Below, piece by piece: positions 1 through 13,000 of a stretch of DNA of 64,000 bases (within the stretch, counting starts at the first letter, position 1; each line of letters opens with the position of its first letter). The stretch is from Nemertoderma westbladi. Taxonomy: Eukaryota > Animalia > Xenacoelomorpha. The position numbers were made by a program, and so were the translations under genes. The notes below the pieces were generated by a model. That model did not search any database and was not told the DNA's origin. It worked only from the letters and a program-made list of their open reading frames with translations. The stretch lies in assembly GCA_032718475.1 (NCBI GenBank), contig JAUCBJ010003564.1:1-64000 (forward strand), written 5' to 3'.

Positions 1-703
1 CCACAGTAAACCCTTCCACTCTGTTTCCTAAAGGAATGCCTGTTCACCAGCATGGGTGATCTCCCACAGTAAACCCTGCCACTCTGTTTCCTAAAAGAAT
101 GACTGTTCACCACCCTGGGTGATCTCCCACAGTAAACCCTTCCACTCTGTTTCCTAAAGGATGCCTGTCCATCACCTAGGGTGATCTTCCACATTAAACC
201 CTTCCACTCTGTTTTCTAAAGGAATGCCTGTTCAGCACCATGGGTGATCTTCCATATTAAACCCTTCCACTCTGTTTCCTGAAGGAATGCCTGTTCACCA
301 ACCCATCCACTCTGTTTCCTGATGGAATGCCTGTTCAACACAATAAGGGTGATCTTCCACAGTAAACCCTTCCACTCTGTTTCATAAAGGAATGCCTGTT
401 CACCACCATGGGTGATCTTCCACAGTAAACCCTTCCACTCTGTTTCCTAAAGGAATGCCTGTTCACCACCATGGGTGATCTTCCACTGTAAACCCTTCCA
501 CCCTGTTTCCTAAAGGAATGCCTGTTCACCACCATAAGGGTGATCTTCCACTGTAAACCCTTCCACTCTGTTTCCTAAAGGAATGCCTGGTTCACCACCA
601 TGGGTGATCTTCCACATTAAACCCTTCCACTCTGTTTCCTAAAGGAATGCCTGTTCACCACCATGGGTGATCTTCCACTGTAAACCCTTCCACTCTGTTT
701 CCA
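1..703 (-). repeat. 63-bp minisatellite block A (runs off the window start)
   Basis: Unit ccacagtaaacccttccactctgtttcctaaaggaatgcctgttcaccaccatgggtgatctt; reverse complement of blocks B and C. Confidence 0.97.
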
Positions 704-705
704 AA

Positions 706-835
706 GTTACGAGTGAAGGATGAAAGCATGGGTTGGGCTAGAAGCTGTTCCTAAAGATTGTTGTCCCATCTAGAGATCGAACCAGGACCTCCTAATTGAA
801 AGCCCAATAATTTTACCATTAGTCTAAGCTGCTGC
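706..835 (-). mobile_element. Degenerate tRNA-derived sequence (SINE head or tRNA-Glu-like pseudogene fragment)
   Basis: Minus strand TAGACTAATGGTAAA (A-box-like)...GCTTTCAA (TTC anticodon-loop-like)...GGTTCGATCTC (B-box-like) with tRNA-like spacing. Stems do not pair well, so it is not a functional tRNA. Confidence 0.45.
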
Positions 836-883
836 ATTGTACATTTATCTACATATATATAAATGTACAATGCAGCATCTTAG
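824..883. repeat. Palindrome/hairpin: 25-bp arms (1 mismatch), 10-nt loop
   Basis: ctaagctgctgcattgtacatttat-ctacatatat-ataaatgtacaatgcagcatcttag. Confidence 0.95.
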
Positions 884-884
884 G

Positions 885-1668
885 TGTTTACTGTGGAAGA
901 TCACCCATAGTGGTGAAAAGGCATTGCTTTAGGAAATAGAGTGGAAGGGTTTACTGAGGAGGATCTCCCATCATCATGGTGTTGAACAGGCATCCCTTTA
1001 GGAAACAGAGTGGAAGGGTTTACTGTGGAAGATCACTCATGGTGATGAACAAGCATTCCTTTAGGAAATATAGTGGAAGGGTTTACTGCGGAAGATCACC
1101 CATGGTGGTGAACAGGCATTCCTTTAGGAAACAGAGTGGAAGGGTTTACTGCGGAAGATCACCCATATGGTAGTGAACATGCATTCCTTTAAGAAACAGA
1201 GTGGAAGGGTTTACTGTGGAAGATCACCCATATCTGTGAACAGGCATTCCTTTAGGGAACATAGTGGAAGGATTTACTGTGGAAGATCACCAATGGTGGT
1301 GAAAAGGCATTGCTTTAGGAAATAGAGTGGAAGGGTTTACTGAGGAGGATCTCCCATCATCATGGTGTTGAACAGGCATCCCTTTAGGAAACAGAGTGGA
1401 AGGGTTTACTGTGGAAGATCACTCATGGTGATGAACAAGCATTCCTTTAGGAAATATAGTGGAAGGGTTTACTGCGGAAGATCACCCATGGTGGTGAACA
1501 GGCATTCCTTTAGGAAACAGAGTGGAAGGGTTTACTGCGGAAGATCACCCATATGGTAGTGAACATGCATTCCTTTAAGAAACAGAGTGGAAGGGTTTAC
1601 TGTGGAAGATCACCCATATCTGTGAACAGGCATTCCTTTAGGGAACATAGTGGAAGGGTTTACTGAGG
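885..1668 (+). repeat. 63-bp minisatellite block B, inverted relative to block A, with a 386-bp higher-order duplication
   Basis: Unit gtttactgtggaagatcacccatggtggtgaacaggcattcctttaggaaacagagtggaagg; identical ORFs at 976 and 1362 mark the 386-bp period. Confidence 0.97.
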
Positions 1669-2771
1669 AATGTTAATGCAAATGTGTTCTTTGTGATTTT
1701 AGCTTAATTATTTTGCTCAATTTAAGTTTAAGGTTCCATTTTTATTGATAAGGTTAATTGCGTCATAATATTCTATATTTCTTAACTCAAAACCATTAAT
1801 TGTAATATTGACGCCATCTAGTGTCGTTATATACATAGTCAGCTTAGCTTGGATGCCTTATTTGTGATGTATAGGAGGCGCTACTGCACTTTTAGTCTTA
1901 CTCTTACACTCACTCTTACTATTACTTTTGACATTAATTGTTTAGTGGAGTCATACTTATCCATGTAAAGGGTAAAAAGCACGGACAACTTTAATTGACT
2001 GGTGATTATTACTTGAACTGTCTCTGTTGTCTACAATTAAATTATACATTTGGTTAAAATTATTTGTTATAATATTTTATATCGTACCGGTAAATTCAAT
2101 TTATTTTATTCTGTTATTGAATTAATATAATATCGATGATACCCCGAGATCAAAGACATTTTCTAGACACCAAACCCAGGTAGGTCTCTATAGCTAAGCA
2201 TTATTGATAACCTGGACAATTGTGTCAGATTTACGTGTGTTGTCTTGCCTCTAACTCAATAAATAATTAATCTATGGCGATATTTCAGACCTGTACCGCA
2301 AGTGAAGCTCTTTTAATAACACCATGATTGAGAGTTGTTATAAATTGAATACCATAGCGATAATAATATAAACAGATACAGATAGTTGCAATACGTTTCC
2401 CCTAAAGGGAAACACAATCGCCAGACTTGAGCCCTTACGTAAATAAATAGTCAGACATTTACTTATTGTATTGTGCCGCCACACCCTCTTGGTACTGTAT
2501 ATTAGTTACGGTAAATATAATAGATGATCAATTACCGTTATAGAAACACGTGAAACATTGAACAAATCGATACAGTTGTGGGGAAGAGGGAATAAAAGTG
2601 ATTCACTAAAACGGCCTTCCATTGAAGGTACACTAGCGCCATTACCGTTTCAAGTGTTTCAGACTGGGTTTTTTACTCGCATTCTTATGTGCTCTACAAA
2701 ACAATCGGAGAGAGTCAAAATATATATAATAAGTGGTAAAAACGTCTTTTTTGTCAAATGCGCTAACAAGG

Positions 2772-3450
2772 CAGATCTCCCATCACCGTGGTGGTGAACA
2801 GGCAGGCATTCCTTTAGAAAACAGAGTGGAAGGGTTTACTGTGGAAGATCACCCATGGTGGTGAACAGGCATTCCTTTAGAAACCAGGGTGGAAGGTTTT
2901 ACTGTGGAAGATCACCCATGGTGGTGAACAGACATTCATTTAGGAAACGGGGTGAAGGAATTACTGTAGAAGATCACCCATGATGGTGAGCAGGTATTCC
3001 GTTGGGAAACAGAGGGTGGAAGGGTTTACTGTGGAAGATCACCCATGGTGGTGAACAAGCATTCCTTTAGGAAACAGAGTGGAAGGGTTTACTGTGGAAG
3101 ATCACCCATGATGGTGAACAGGCATTCCTTTAGAAAACAGGGTGGAAAGGTTTACTGTGGAAGATCACCCATGGTGATGAACAGGCATTCCTTTAGGAAA
3201 CAGAGTGGAAGGGTTTACTGTGGAAGATCACCCATGGTGGTGAGCAGGTATTCCGTTGGGAAACAGTATGGAAGGGTTTACTGTGGAAGATCACCCATGG
3301 TGGTGAACAGGCATTCCTTTAGAAAACAGGGTGGAAGGGTTTACTGTGGAAGATCACCCATGGTGGTTAACAGGTATTCCTTTAGGAAACAGAGTGGAAG
3401 GGTTTACTGTGGAAGATCACCAATTGTGGTAAGCAGGCATTCCTTTGGGA
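2772..3450 (+). repeat. 63-bp minisatellite block C
   Basis: Same unit and orientation as block B; ends ~100 bp from the S5 exon donor. Confidence 0.97.
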
Positions 3451-3553
3451 AATTTTGGGAAAGTTTTATAGATAGAAATAAACAAACAGTTTCATCAGTA
3501 TAGCTACTTAACCTTTCCAAACGTAACAATGACTCCCGAAATGAATGACTAAC

Positions 3554-3711
3554 CAGATACAAGCGAATCCATGCCCCAATAGGATGAATGCCACCATAAA
3601 TATAACTAGTTGAGCGGCACCATATTCCAGGTAGTGATCCATATGACGCGCTACTCTCCATATTCGAACGACTAAACGAATTATTTTCAATGTGCTAAAC
3701 GCATCAGCGAC
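3554..3711 (-). CDS. eag: EAG-family K+ channel exon: S4 voltage sensor, S4-S5 linker and S5
   Basis: Acceptor atcatccag|, phase 0, compatible with the upstream exon. VADAFSTLKIIRLVVRIWRVARHMDHYLEYGAAQLVIFMVAFILLGHGFACI(W) matches EAG [34 protein letters not shown]...HWMACIW. Donor TG|gttagt; 158 nt. Confidence 0.92.
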
Positions 3712-3721
3712 CTGGATGATA

Positions 3722-6700
3722 ACAACTGGTACAATTAATAAAGGATAGTAAAACTGGTACACTTATAAAGGATAGTAAACCTGTTACACTTATAAAGGAT
3801 AGGAAAACTGGAACACTTATAAAGGATATAGTAAAACTGTTACACTGATAAAGGATAGTAAAACTGGTACACTTATAAAGGATAGTAAAACTGTTACACT
3901 TAATAACGGATAGTAAAACTGGTACACTTATAAAGGATAGTAAAACTGTTACACTTATAAAGGATAGTAAAACTGTTACACTTATAAAGGATAATAAAAC
4001 TGTTACACTTATAAAGGATAGTAAAACTGTTACACTTATAAAGGATAGTAAAACCGTTACACTTATGAAGGGTAGTAAAACTGTTACACTTATAAAGGAT
4101 AGTAAAACTGTTACACTTAATAACGGATAGTAAAACTGGTACACTTATAAAGGATAGTAAAACTGTTACACTTATAAACGATAGTAAAACTGGTACACTT
4201 ATAAAGGATAGTAAAACTGGTACACTTATAAAGGATAGTAAAACTGTTACACTTATAAACGATAGTAAAACTGGTACAATTATAAAGGATAGTAAAACTG
4301 GTACACTTATAAAGGGTAGTAAAACTGGTACACTTATAAAGGATAGTAAAACTGGTACACTTATAAAGGATAGTAAAACTGTTACACTTAATAAAGGATA
4401 GTAAAACTGGTACACTTATAAAGGATAGTAAAACTGTCACACTTAATAAAGGATAGTAAAACTGGTACACTTATAAAGGATAGTAAAACTGTTACACTTA
4501 ATAAAGGATAGTAAAACTGGTATACTTATAAAGGATAGTAAAACTGTTACACTTAATAACGGATAGTAAAACTGGTACACTTATAAAGGATAGTAAAACT
4601 GGTACACTTATAAAGGATAGTAAACCTGTTACACTTATAAAGGATAGTAAAACTTTTACACTTATAAAGGATAGTAAAACTGGAACACTTATAAAGGATA
4701 GTAAAACTGTTACACTTATAAACGATAGTAAAACTGGTACACTTATAAAGGATAGTAAAACTGGTACACTTATAAAGGGTAGTACAACTGGTACACTTAT
4801 ACAGGATAGTAAAACTGTTACACTTATAAAGGATAGTAATACTGGTACACTTATAAAGGATAGTAAACATGTTACACTTATAAAGGATAGTAAAACTGGT
4901 ACACTTATAAAGGGTAGTACAACTGGTACACTTATAAAGGATAGTAAAACTGTTACACTTATAAAGGATAGTAAAACTGTTACACTTATAAAGGATAGTA
5001 AAACTGGTACACTTATAAAGGATAGTAAAACTGGTACACTTATAAAGGGTAGTACAACTGGTACACTTATAAAGGATAGTAAAACTGGTACACTTATAAA
5101 GGATAGTACAACTGGTACACTTATAAAGGATAGTAAAACTGGTACACTTATAAAGGGTAGTACAACTGGTACACTTATAAAGGATAGTAAAACTGGTACA
5201 CTTATAAAGGATAGTACAACTGGTACACTTATAAAGGATAGTAAAACTGGTACACTTATAAAGGGTAGTACAACTGGTACACTTATAAAGGATAGTAAAA
5301 CTGGTACACTTATAAAGGATAGTAAAACTGGTACGTACACTTATAAAGGATAGTAAAACTGGTACACTTATAAAGGATAGTAAAACTGGTACACTTATAA
5401 AGGATAGTAAAACTGGTACACTTATAAAGGATAGTAAAACTGGTACACTTATAAAGGATAGTAAAACTGGTACACTTATAAAGGGTAGTACAACTGGTAC
5501 ACTTATAAAGGATAGTAAAACTGGTACACTTATAAAGGATAGTAAAACTGGTACACTTATAAAGGATAGTAAAACTTGTACACTTATAAAGGATAGTAAA
5601 ACTGTTACACTTATAAAGGATAGTAAAACTGGAACACTTATAAAGGATAGTAAAACTGGTACACTTATAAAGGATAGTAAAACTGGTACACTTATAAAGG
5701 GTAGTACAACTGGTACACTTATAAAGGATAGTAAAACTGGTACACTTATAAAGGATTGTAAAACTGGTACACTTATAAAGGATAGTAAAACTGGTACACT
5801 TATAAAGGGTAGTACAACTGGTACACTTATAAAGGATAGTAAAACTGTTACACTTATAAAGGATAGTAAAACTGTTACACTTATAAAGGATAGTAAAACT
5901 GGTACACGTATAAAGGGTAGTACAACTGGTACACTTATAAAGGATAGTAAAACTGTTACACTTATAAAGGATAGTAAAACTGGAACACTTATAAAGGATA
6001 GTAAATCTGTTACACTTAATAAAGGATAGTAAAACTGGTACACTTAGAAAGGGTAGTACAACTGGTACACTTATAAAGGATAGTATAACTGGTACACTTA
6101 TAAAGGATAGTAAAACTGGTACACTTATAAAGGATAGTAAAACTGGTACACTTATAAAGGGTAGTACAACTGGTACACTTATACAGGATAGTAAAACTGT
6201 TACACTTATAAAGGATAGTAAAACTGGTACACTTATAAAGGATAGTAAACCTGTTACACTTATAAAGGATAGTAAAACTGGTACACTTATAAAGGGTAGT
6301 ACAACTGGTACACTTATAAAGGATAGTAAAACTGTTACACTTATAAAGGATAGTAAAACTGTTACACTTATAAAGGATAGTAAAACTGGTACACGTATAA
6401 AGGGTAGTACAACTTGTACACTTATAAAGGATAGTAAAACTGTTACACTTATAAAGGATAGTAAAACTGGAACACTTATAAAGGATAGTAAATCTGTTAC
6501 ACTTAATAAAGGATAGTAAAACTGGTACACTTATAAAGGATAGTAAAACTGGTACACTTATAAAGGATAGTAGAACTGTTACACTTATAAAGGATAGTAA
6601 AACTGGTACACTTATAAAGGATAGTAAAACTGTTACACTTAATAAAGGATAGTAAAACTGGTACACTTATAAAGGATAGTAAAACTGTTACACTTAATAA

Positions 6701-6945
6701 AGGATAGTAAAACTGTTACACTTATAAAGGATAGTAAAACTGGTACACTTATAAAGGATAGTAGAACTGTTACACTTATAAAGGATAGGAAAACTGTAAC
6801 ACTTATAAAAGATAGTAATAATATAAAGGATAGTAAAACTGGAACACTTATAAAGGATAGTAAAACTGTTACACTTATAAAGGATAGTAAAACCGGTACA
6901 CTTAATAAAGGATTGTAAAACTGGTACACTTATAAAAGATAGTAA
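3722..6945. repeat. 27-bp AT-rich minisatellite (~120 units) abutting the S4 exon acceptor
   Basis: Unit aaaggatagtaaaactggtacacttat, with ctgtt/ctggt, gggtagtaca and 28-bp variants; explains the SVPVLLSFI/YKCTSFTIL ORFs. Confidence 0.98.
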
Positions 6946-7056
6946 TAATATTTTCTTTCGAGGTGTTCGTGCTTTTTAAACGAGAAGTGAAACTATTTTG
7001 GAATCACCTATCTTTTTTATGAAATTGATTTCTCAACTCTCCAAACCCGCAAGCGT

Positions 7057-10000
7057 TTCGACCCACATACATACCCTAGACCCGATCCACCAGCTGTTGT
7101 TCCCTCTCCGTTCGACCCACATACATACCCCTAGACTCGATCCACCAGCTGTGGTTCCCTCCCCGTTCGACCCACATACATACCCCTAGACCCGATCCAC
7201 CAGCTGTGGTTCCCTCCCCGTTCGACCCACATACATACCCCTAGACTAGATCCACCAGCTGTTGTTTCCTCCTCGTTCGACCCACATACATACCCCTAGA
7301 CTAGATCCACCAGCTGTTGTTCCCTCCCCGTTCGACCCACATACATACCCCTAGACTCGATCCACCAGCTGTTGTTCCTGTTGTTCCCTCTCCGTTCGAC
7401 CCACATACATACCCCTAGACTAGATCCACCAGCTGTTGTTCCCTCCCCGTTCGACCCACATACATACCCCTAGACTCTATCCACCAGCTGTTGTTCCCTC
7501 CCCGTTCGACCCACATACATACCCCTAGACCCGATCCACCAGCTGTGGTTCCCTCCCCGTTCGACCCACATACATACCCCTAGACCCGATCCACCAGCTG
7601 TGGTTCCCTCCCCGTTCGACCCACATACATACCCCTAGACCCGATCCACCAGCTGTGGTTCCCTCCCCGTTCGACCCACATACATACCCCTAGACTCGAT
7701 CCACCAGCTGTAGTTCCTGTTGTTTCCTCCCCGTTCGTCCCACATACATACCCCTAGACCCGATCCACCAGCTGTTGTTCCCTCCCCGTTCGACCCACAT
7801 ACATACCCCTAGACTAGATCCACCAGCTGTTGTTCCCTCCCCGTTCGACCCACATACATACCCCTAGACTCTATCCACCAGCTGTTGTTCCCTCCCCGTT
7901 CGACCCACATACATACCCCTAGACCCGATCCACCAGCTGTGGTTCCCTCCCCGTTCGACCCACATACATACCCCTAGACCCGATCCACCAGCTGTTGTTC
8001 CCTCCCCGTTTGTCCCACATACATACCCCTAGACCCGATCCACCAGCTGTGGTTCCCTCCCCGTTCGACCCACATACATACCCCTAGACTCGATCCACCA
8101 GCTGTTGTTTCCTCCTCGTTCGACCCACATACATACCCCTAGACTCGATCCACCAGCTGTTGTTTCCTCCTCGTTCGACCCACATACATACCCCTAGACC
8201 CGATCCACCAGCTGTGGTTCCCTCCCCGTTCGACCCACATACATACCCCTAGACTAGATCCACCAGCTGTTGTTCCCTCCCCGTTCGACCCACATACATA
8301 CCCCTAGACTAGATCCACCAACTGTTGTTCCCTCCCCGTTTGTCCCACATACATACCCCTAGACTCGATCCACCAGCTGTTGTTCCCTCCCCGTTCAACC
8401 CACATACATACCCCTAGACTCGATCCACCAGCTGTTGTTCCCTCCCCGTTCGACCCACATACATACCCCTAGACCCGATCCACCAGCTGTGGTTCCCTCC
8501 CCGTTCGACCCACATACATACCCCTAGACCCGATCCACCAGCTGTGGTTCCCTCCCCGTTCGACCCACATACATACCCCTAGACTCGATCCACCAGCTGT
8601 TGTTTCCTCCTCGTTCGACCCACATACATACCCCTAGACTCGATCCACCAGCTGTTGTTTCCTCCTCGTTCGACCCACATACATACCCCTAGACCCGATC
8701 CACCAGCTGTGGTTCCCTCCCCGTTCGACCCACATACATACCCCTAGACTAGATCCACCAGCTGTTGTTCCCTCCCCGTTCGACCCACATACATACCCCT
8801 AGACTAGATCCACCAGCTGTGGTTCCCTCCCCGTTCGACCCACATACATACCCCTAGACTAGATCCACCAGCTGTTGTTCCCTCCCCGTTCGACCCACAT
8901 ACATACCCCTAGACCCGATCCACCAGCTGTGGTTCCCTCCCCGTTCGACCCACATACATACCCCTAGACTCGATCCACCAGCTGTTGTTCCCTCCCCGTT
9001 CAACCCACATACATACCCCTAGACTCGATCCACCAGCTGTTGTTCCCTCCCCGTTCAACCCACATACATACCCCTAGACCCGATCCACCAGCTGTGGTTC
9101 CCTCCCCGTTCGACCCACATACATACCCCTAGACTCGATCCACCAGCTGTTGTTCCCTCCCCGTTCAACCCACATACATACCCCTAGACTCGATCCACCA
9201 GCTGTTGTTCCCTCCCCGTTCAACCCACATACATACCCCAAGACTCGATCCACCAGCTGTGGTTCCCTCCCCGTTCAACCCACATACATACCCCTAGACC
9301 CGATCCACCAGCTGTGGTTCCCTCCCCGTTCGACCCACATACATACCCCTAGACCCGATCCACCAGCTGTTGTTCCCTCCCCGTTCGACCCACATACATA
9401 CCCCAAGACTAGATCCACCAGCTGTTGTTCCTGTTGTTCCCTCCCCGTTCAACCCACATACATACCCCTAGACTAGATCCACCAGCTGTTGTTCCCTCCC
9501 CGTTCGACCCACATACATACCCCAAGACTAGATCCACCAGCTGTTGTTCCCTCCCCGTTCGACCCACATACATACCCCTAGACCCGATCCACCAGCTGTT
9601 GTTCCCTCCCCGTTCGACCCACATACATACCCCAAGACTAGATCCACCAGCTGTTGTTCCTGTTGTTCCCTCCCCGTTCAACCCACATACATACCCCTAG
9701 ACTAGATCCACCAGCTGTTGTTCCCTCCCCGTTCGACCCACATACATACCCCAAGACTAGATCCACCAGCTGTTGTTCCCTCCCCGTTCGACCCACATAC
9801 ATACCCCAAGACTCGATCCACCAGCTGTGGTTCCCTCCCCGTTCAACCCACATACATACCCCTAGACCCGATCCACCAGCTGTGGTTCCCTCCCCGTTCG
9901 ACCCACATACATACCCCTAGACCCGATCCACCAGCTGTTGTTCCCTCCCCGTTCGACCCACATACATACCCCAAGACTAGATCCACCAGCTGTTGTTCCT

Positions 10001-13000
10001 GTTGTTCCCTCCCCGTTCAACCCACATACATACCCCTAGACTAGATCCACCAGCTGTTGTTCCCTCCCCGTTCGACCCACATACATACCCCAAGACTAGA
10101 TCCACCAGCTGTTGTTCCCTCCGCGTTCGACCCACATACATACCCCAAGACTAGATCCACCAGCTGTTGTTCCTGTTGTTCCCTCCCCGTTCAACCCACA
10201 TACATACCCCTAGACTAGATCCACCAGCTGTTGTTCCCTCCCCGTTCGACCCACATACATACCCCAAGACTAGATCCACCAGCTGTTGTTCCCTCCCCGT
10301 TCGACCCACATACATACCCCAAGACTAGATCCACCAGCTGTTGTTCCCTCCCCGTTCGACCCACATACATACCCCAAGACTCGATCCACCAGCTGTGGTT
10401 CCCTCCCCGTTCAACCCACATACATACCCCTAGACCCGATCCACCAGCTGTTGTTCCTGTTGTTCCCTCCCCGTTCGACCCACATACATACCCCTAGACT
10501 CGATCCACCAGCTGTTGTTCCCTCCCCGTTCAACCCACATACATACCCCAAGACTCGATCCACCAGCTGTTGTTCCCTCCCCGTTCGACCCACATACATA
10601 CCCCAAGACTCGATCCACCAGCTGTTGTTCCCTCCCCGTTCGACCCACATACATACCCCTAGACTCGATCCACCAGCTGTAGTTCCTGTTGTTCCCTCCC
10701 CGTTCGACCCACATACATACCCCTAGACTCGATCCACCAGCTGTTGTTCCCTCCCCGTTCGACCCACATACATACCCCTAGACTCGATCCACCAGCTGTT
10801 GTTCCCTCCCCGTTCGACCCACATACATACCCCTAGACTCGATCCACCAGCTGTTGTTCCCTCCCCGTTCGACCCACATACATACCCCTAGACTCGATCC
10901 ACCAGCTGTGGTTCCCTCCCCGTTCGACCCACATACATACCCCTAGACTCGATCCACCAGCTGTAGTTCCCTCCCCGTTCAACCCACATACATACCCCTA
11001 GACTCGATCCACCAGCTGTTGTTCCCTCCCCGTTCAACCCACATACATACCCCTAGACTAGATCCACCAGCTGTTGTTCCCTCCCCGTTCGACCCACATA
11101 CATACCCCAAGACTCGATCCACCAGCTGTGGTTCCCTCCCCGTTCAACCCACATACATACCCCAAGACTCGATCCACCAGCTGTGGTTCCCTCCCCGTTC
11201 AACCCACATACATACCCCTAGACCCGATCCACCAGCTGTTGTTCCCTCTCCGTTCGACCCACATACATACCCCTAGACTCGATCCACCAGCTGTAGTTCC
11301 TGTTGTTCCCTCCCCGTTCGACCCACATACATACCCCTAGACTCGATCCACCAGCTGTTGTTCCCTCCCCGTTCAACCCACATACATACCCCTAGACTCG
11401 ATCCACCAGCTGTTGTTCCCTCCCCGTTCGACCCACATACATACCCCAAGACTCGATCCACCAGCTGTTGTTCCCTCCCCGTTCGACCCACATACATACC
11501 CCTAGACTCGATCCACCAGCTGTTGTTCCCTCCCCGTTCGACCCACATACATACCCCTAGACTCGATCCACCAGCTGTTGTTCCCTCCCCGTTCGACCCA
11601 CATACATACCCCTAGACCCGATCCACCAGCTGTTGTTCCCTCCCCGTTCGACCCACATACATACCCCAAGACTCGATCCACCAGCTGTGGTTCCCTCCCC
11701 GTTCAACCCACATACATACCCCTAGACCCGATCCACCAGCTGTGGTTCCCTCCCCGTTCGACCCACATACATACCCCTAGACCCGATCCACCAGCTGTTG
11801 TTCCCTCCCCGTTCGACCCACATACATACCCCAAGACTAGATCCACCAGCTGTTGTTCCTGTTGTTCCCTCCCCGTTCAACCCACATACATACCCCTAGA
11901 CTAGATCCACCAGCTGTTGTTCCCTCCCCGTTCGACCCACATACATACCCCAAGACTAGATCCACCAGCTGTTGTTCCCTCCCCGTTCGACCCACATACA
12001 TACCCCAAGACTAGATCCACCAGATGTTGTTCCTGTTGTTCCCTCCCCGTTCAACCCACATACATACCCCTAGACTAGATCCACCAGCTGTTGTTCCCTC
12101 CCCGTTCGACCCACATACATACCCCAAGACTAGATCCACCAGCTGTTGTTCCCTCCCCGTTCGACCCACATACATACCCCAAGACTCGATCCACCAGCTG
12201 TGGTTCCCTCCCCGTTCAACCCACATACATACCCCTAGACCCGATCCACCAGCTGTGGTTCCCTCCCCGTTCGACCCACATACATACCCCTAGACCCGAT
12301 CCACCAGCTGTTGTTCCCTCCCCGTTCGACCCACATACATACCCCAAGACTAGATCCACCAGCTGTTGTTCCTGTTGTTCCCTCCCCGTTCAACCCACAT
12401 ACATACCCCTAGACTAGATCCACCAGCTGTTGTTCCCTCCCCGTTCGACCCACATACATACCCCAAGACTAGATCCACCAGCTGTTGTTCCCTCCCCGTT
12501 CGACCCACATACATACCCCAAGACTAGATCCACCAGCTGTTGTTCCTGTTGTTCCCTCCCCGTTCAACCCACATACATACCCCTAGACTAGATCCACCAG
12601 CTGTTGTTCCCTCCCCGTTCGACCCACATACATACCCCAAGACTAGATCCACCAGCTGTTGTTCCCTCCCCGTTCGACCCACATACATACCCCAAGACTA
12701 GATCCACCAGCTGTTGTTCCCTCCCCGTTCGACCCACATACATACCCCAAGACTCGATCCACCAGCTGTGGTTCCCTCCCCGTTCAACCCACATACATAC
12801 CCCTAGACCCGATCCACCAGCTGTTGTTCCTGTTGTTCCCTCCCCGTTCGACCCACATACATACCCCTAGACCCGATCCACCAGCTGTTGTTCCCTCCCC
12901 GTTCGACCCACATACATACCCCTAGACTCGATCCACCAGCTGTTGTTCCCTCCCCGTTCAACCCACATACATACCCCAAGACTCGATCCACCAGCTGTTG

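Noticed and set aside
763-835. Functional tRNA-Glu gene
   Set aside because: Acceptor and anticodon stems do not pair; retained only as a degenerate tRNA-derived fragment.
2312-2360. Minus-strand WYSIYNNSQSWCY, resembling the expected continuation after ACIW
   Set aside because: There is no AG acceptor at the required position and an in-frame stop follows. The next exon probably lies beyond the window start.
335-3503. MVVNRHSFRKQSGRVYCGRSP repeat ORFs
   Set aside because: They translate the 63-bp repeat, occur on both strands and are broken by indels.
3704-6929. Long hydrophobic or Cys-Thr-rich ORFs up to 496 aa
   Set aside because: They result from a 27-bp (9-codon) repeat lacking stops in two frames.
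6946-7056. Unique island between the 27-mer and 55-mer arrays as a possible small exon
   Set aside because: No KCNH similarity or convincing splice pair, and the flanking exons already join in frame. It is better read as the remnant of the original intron.
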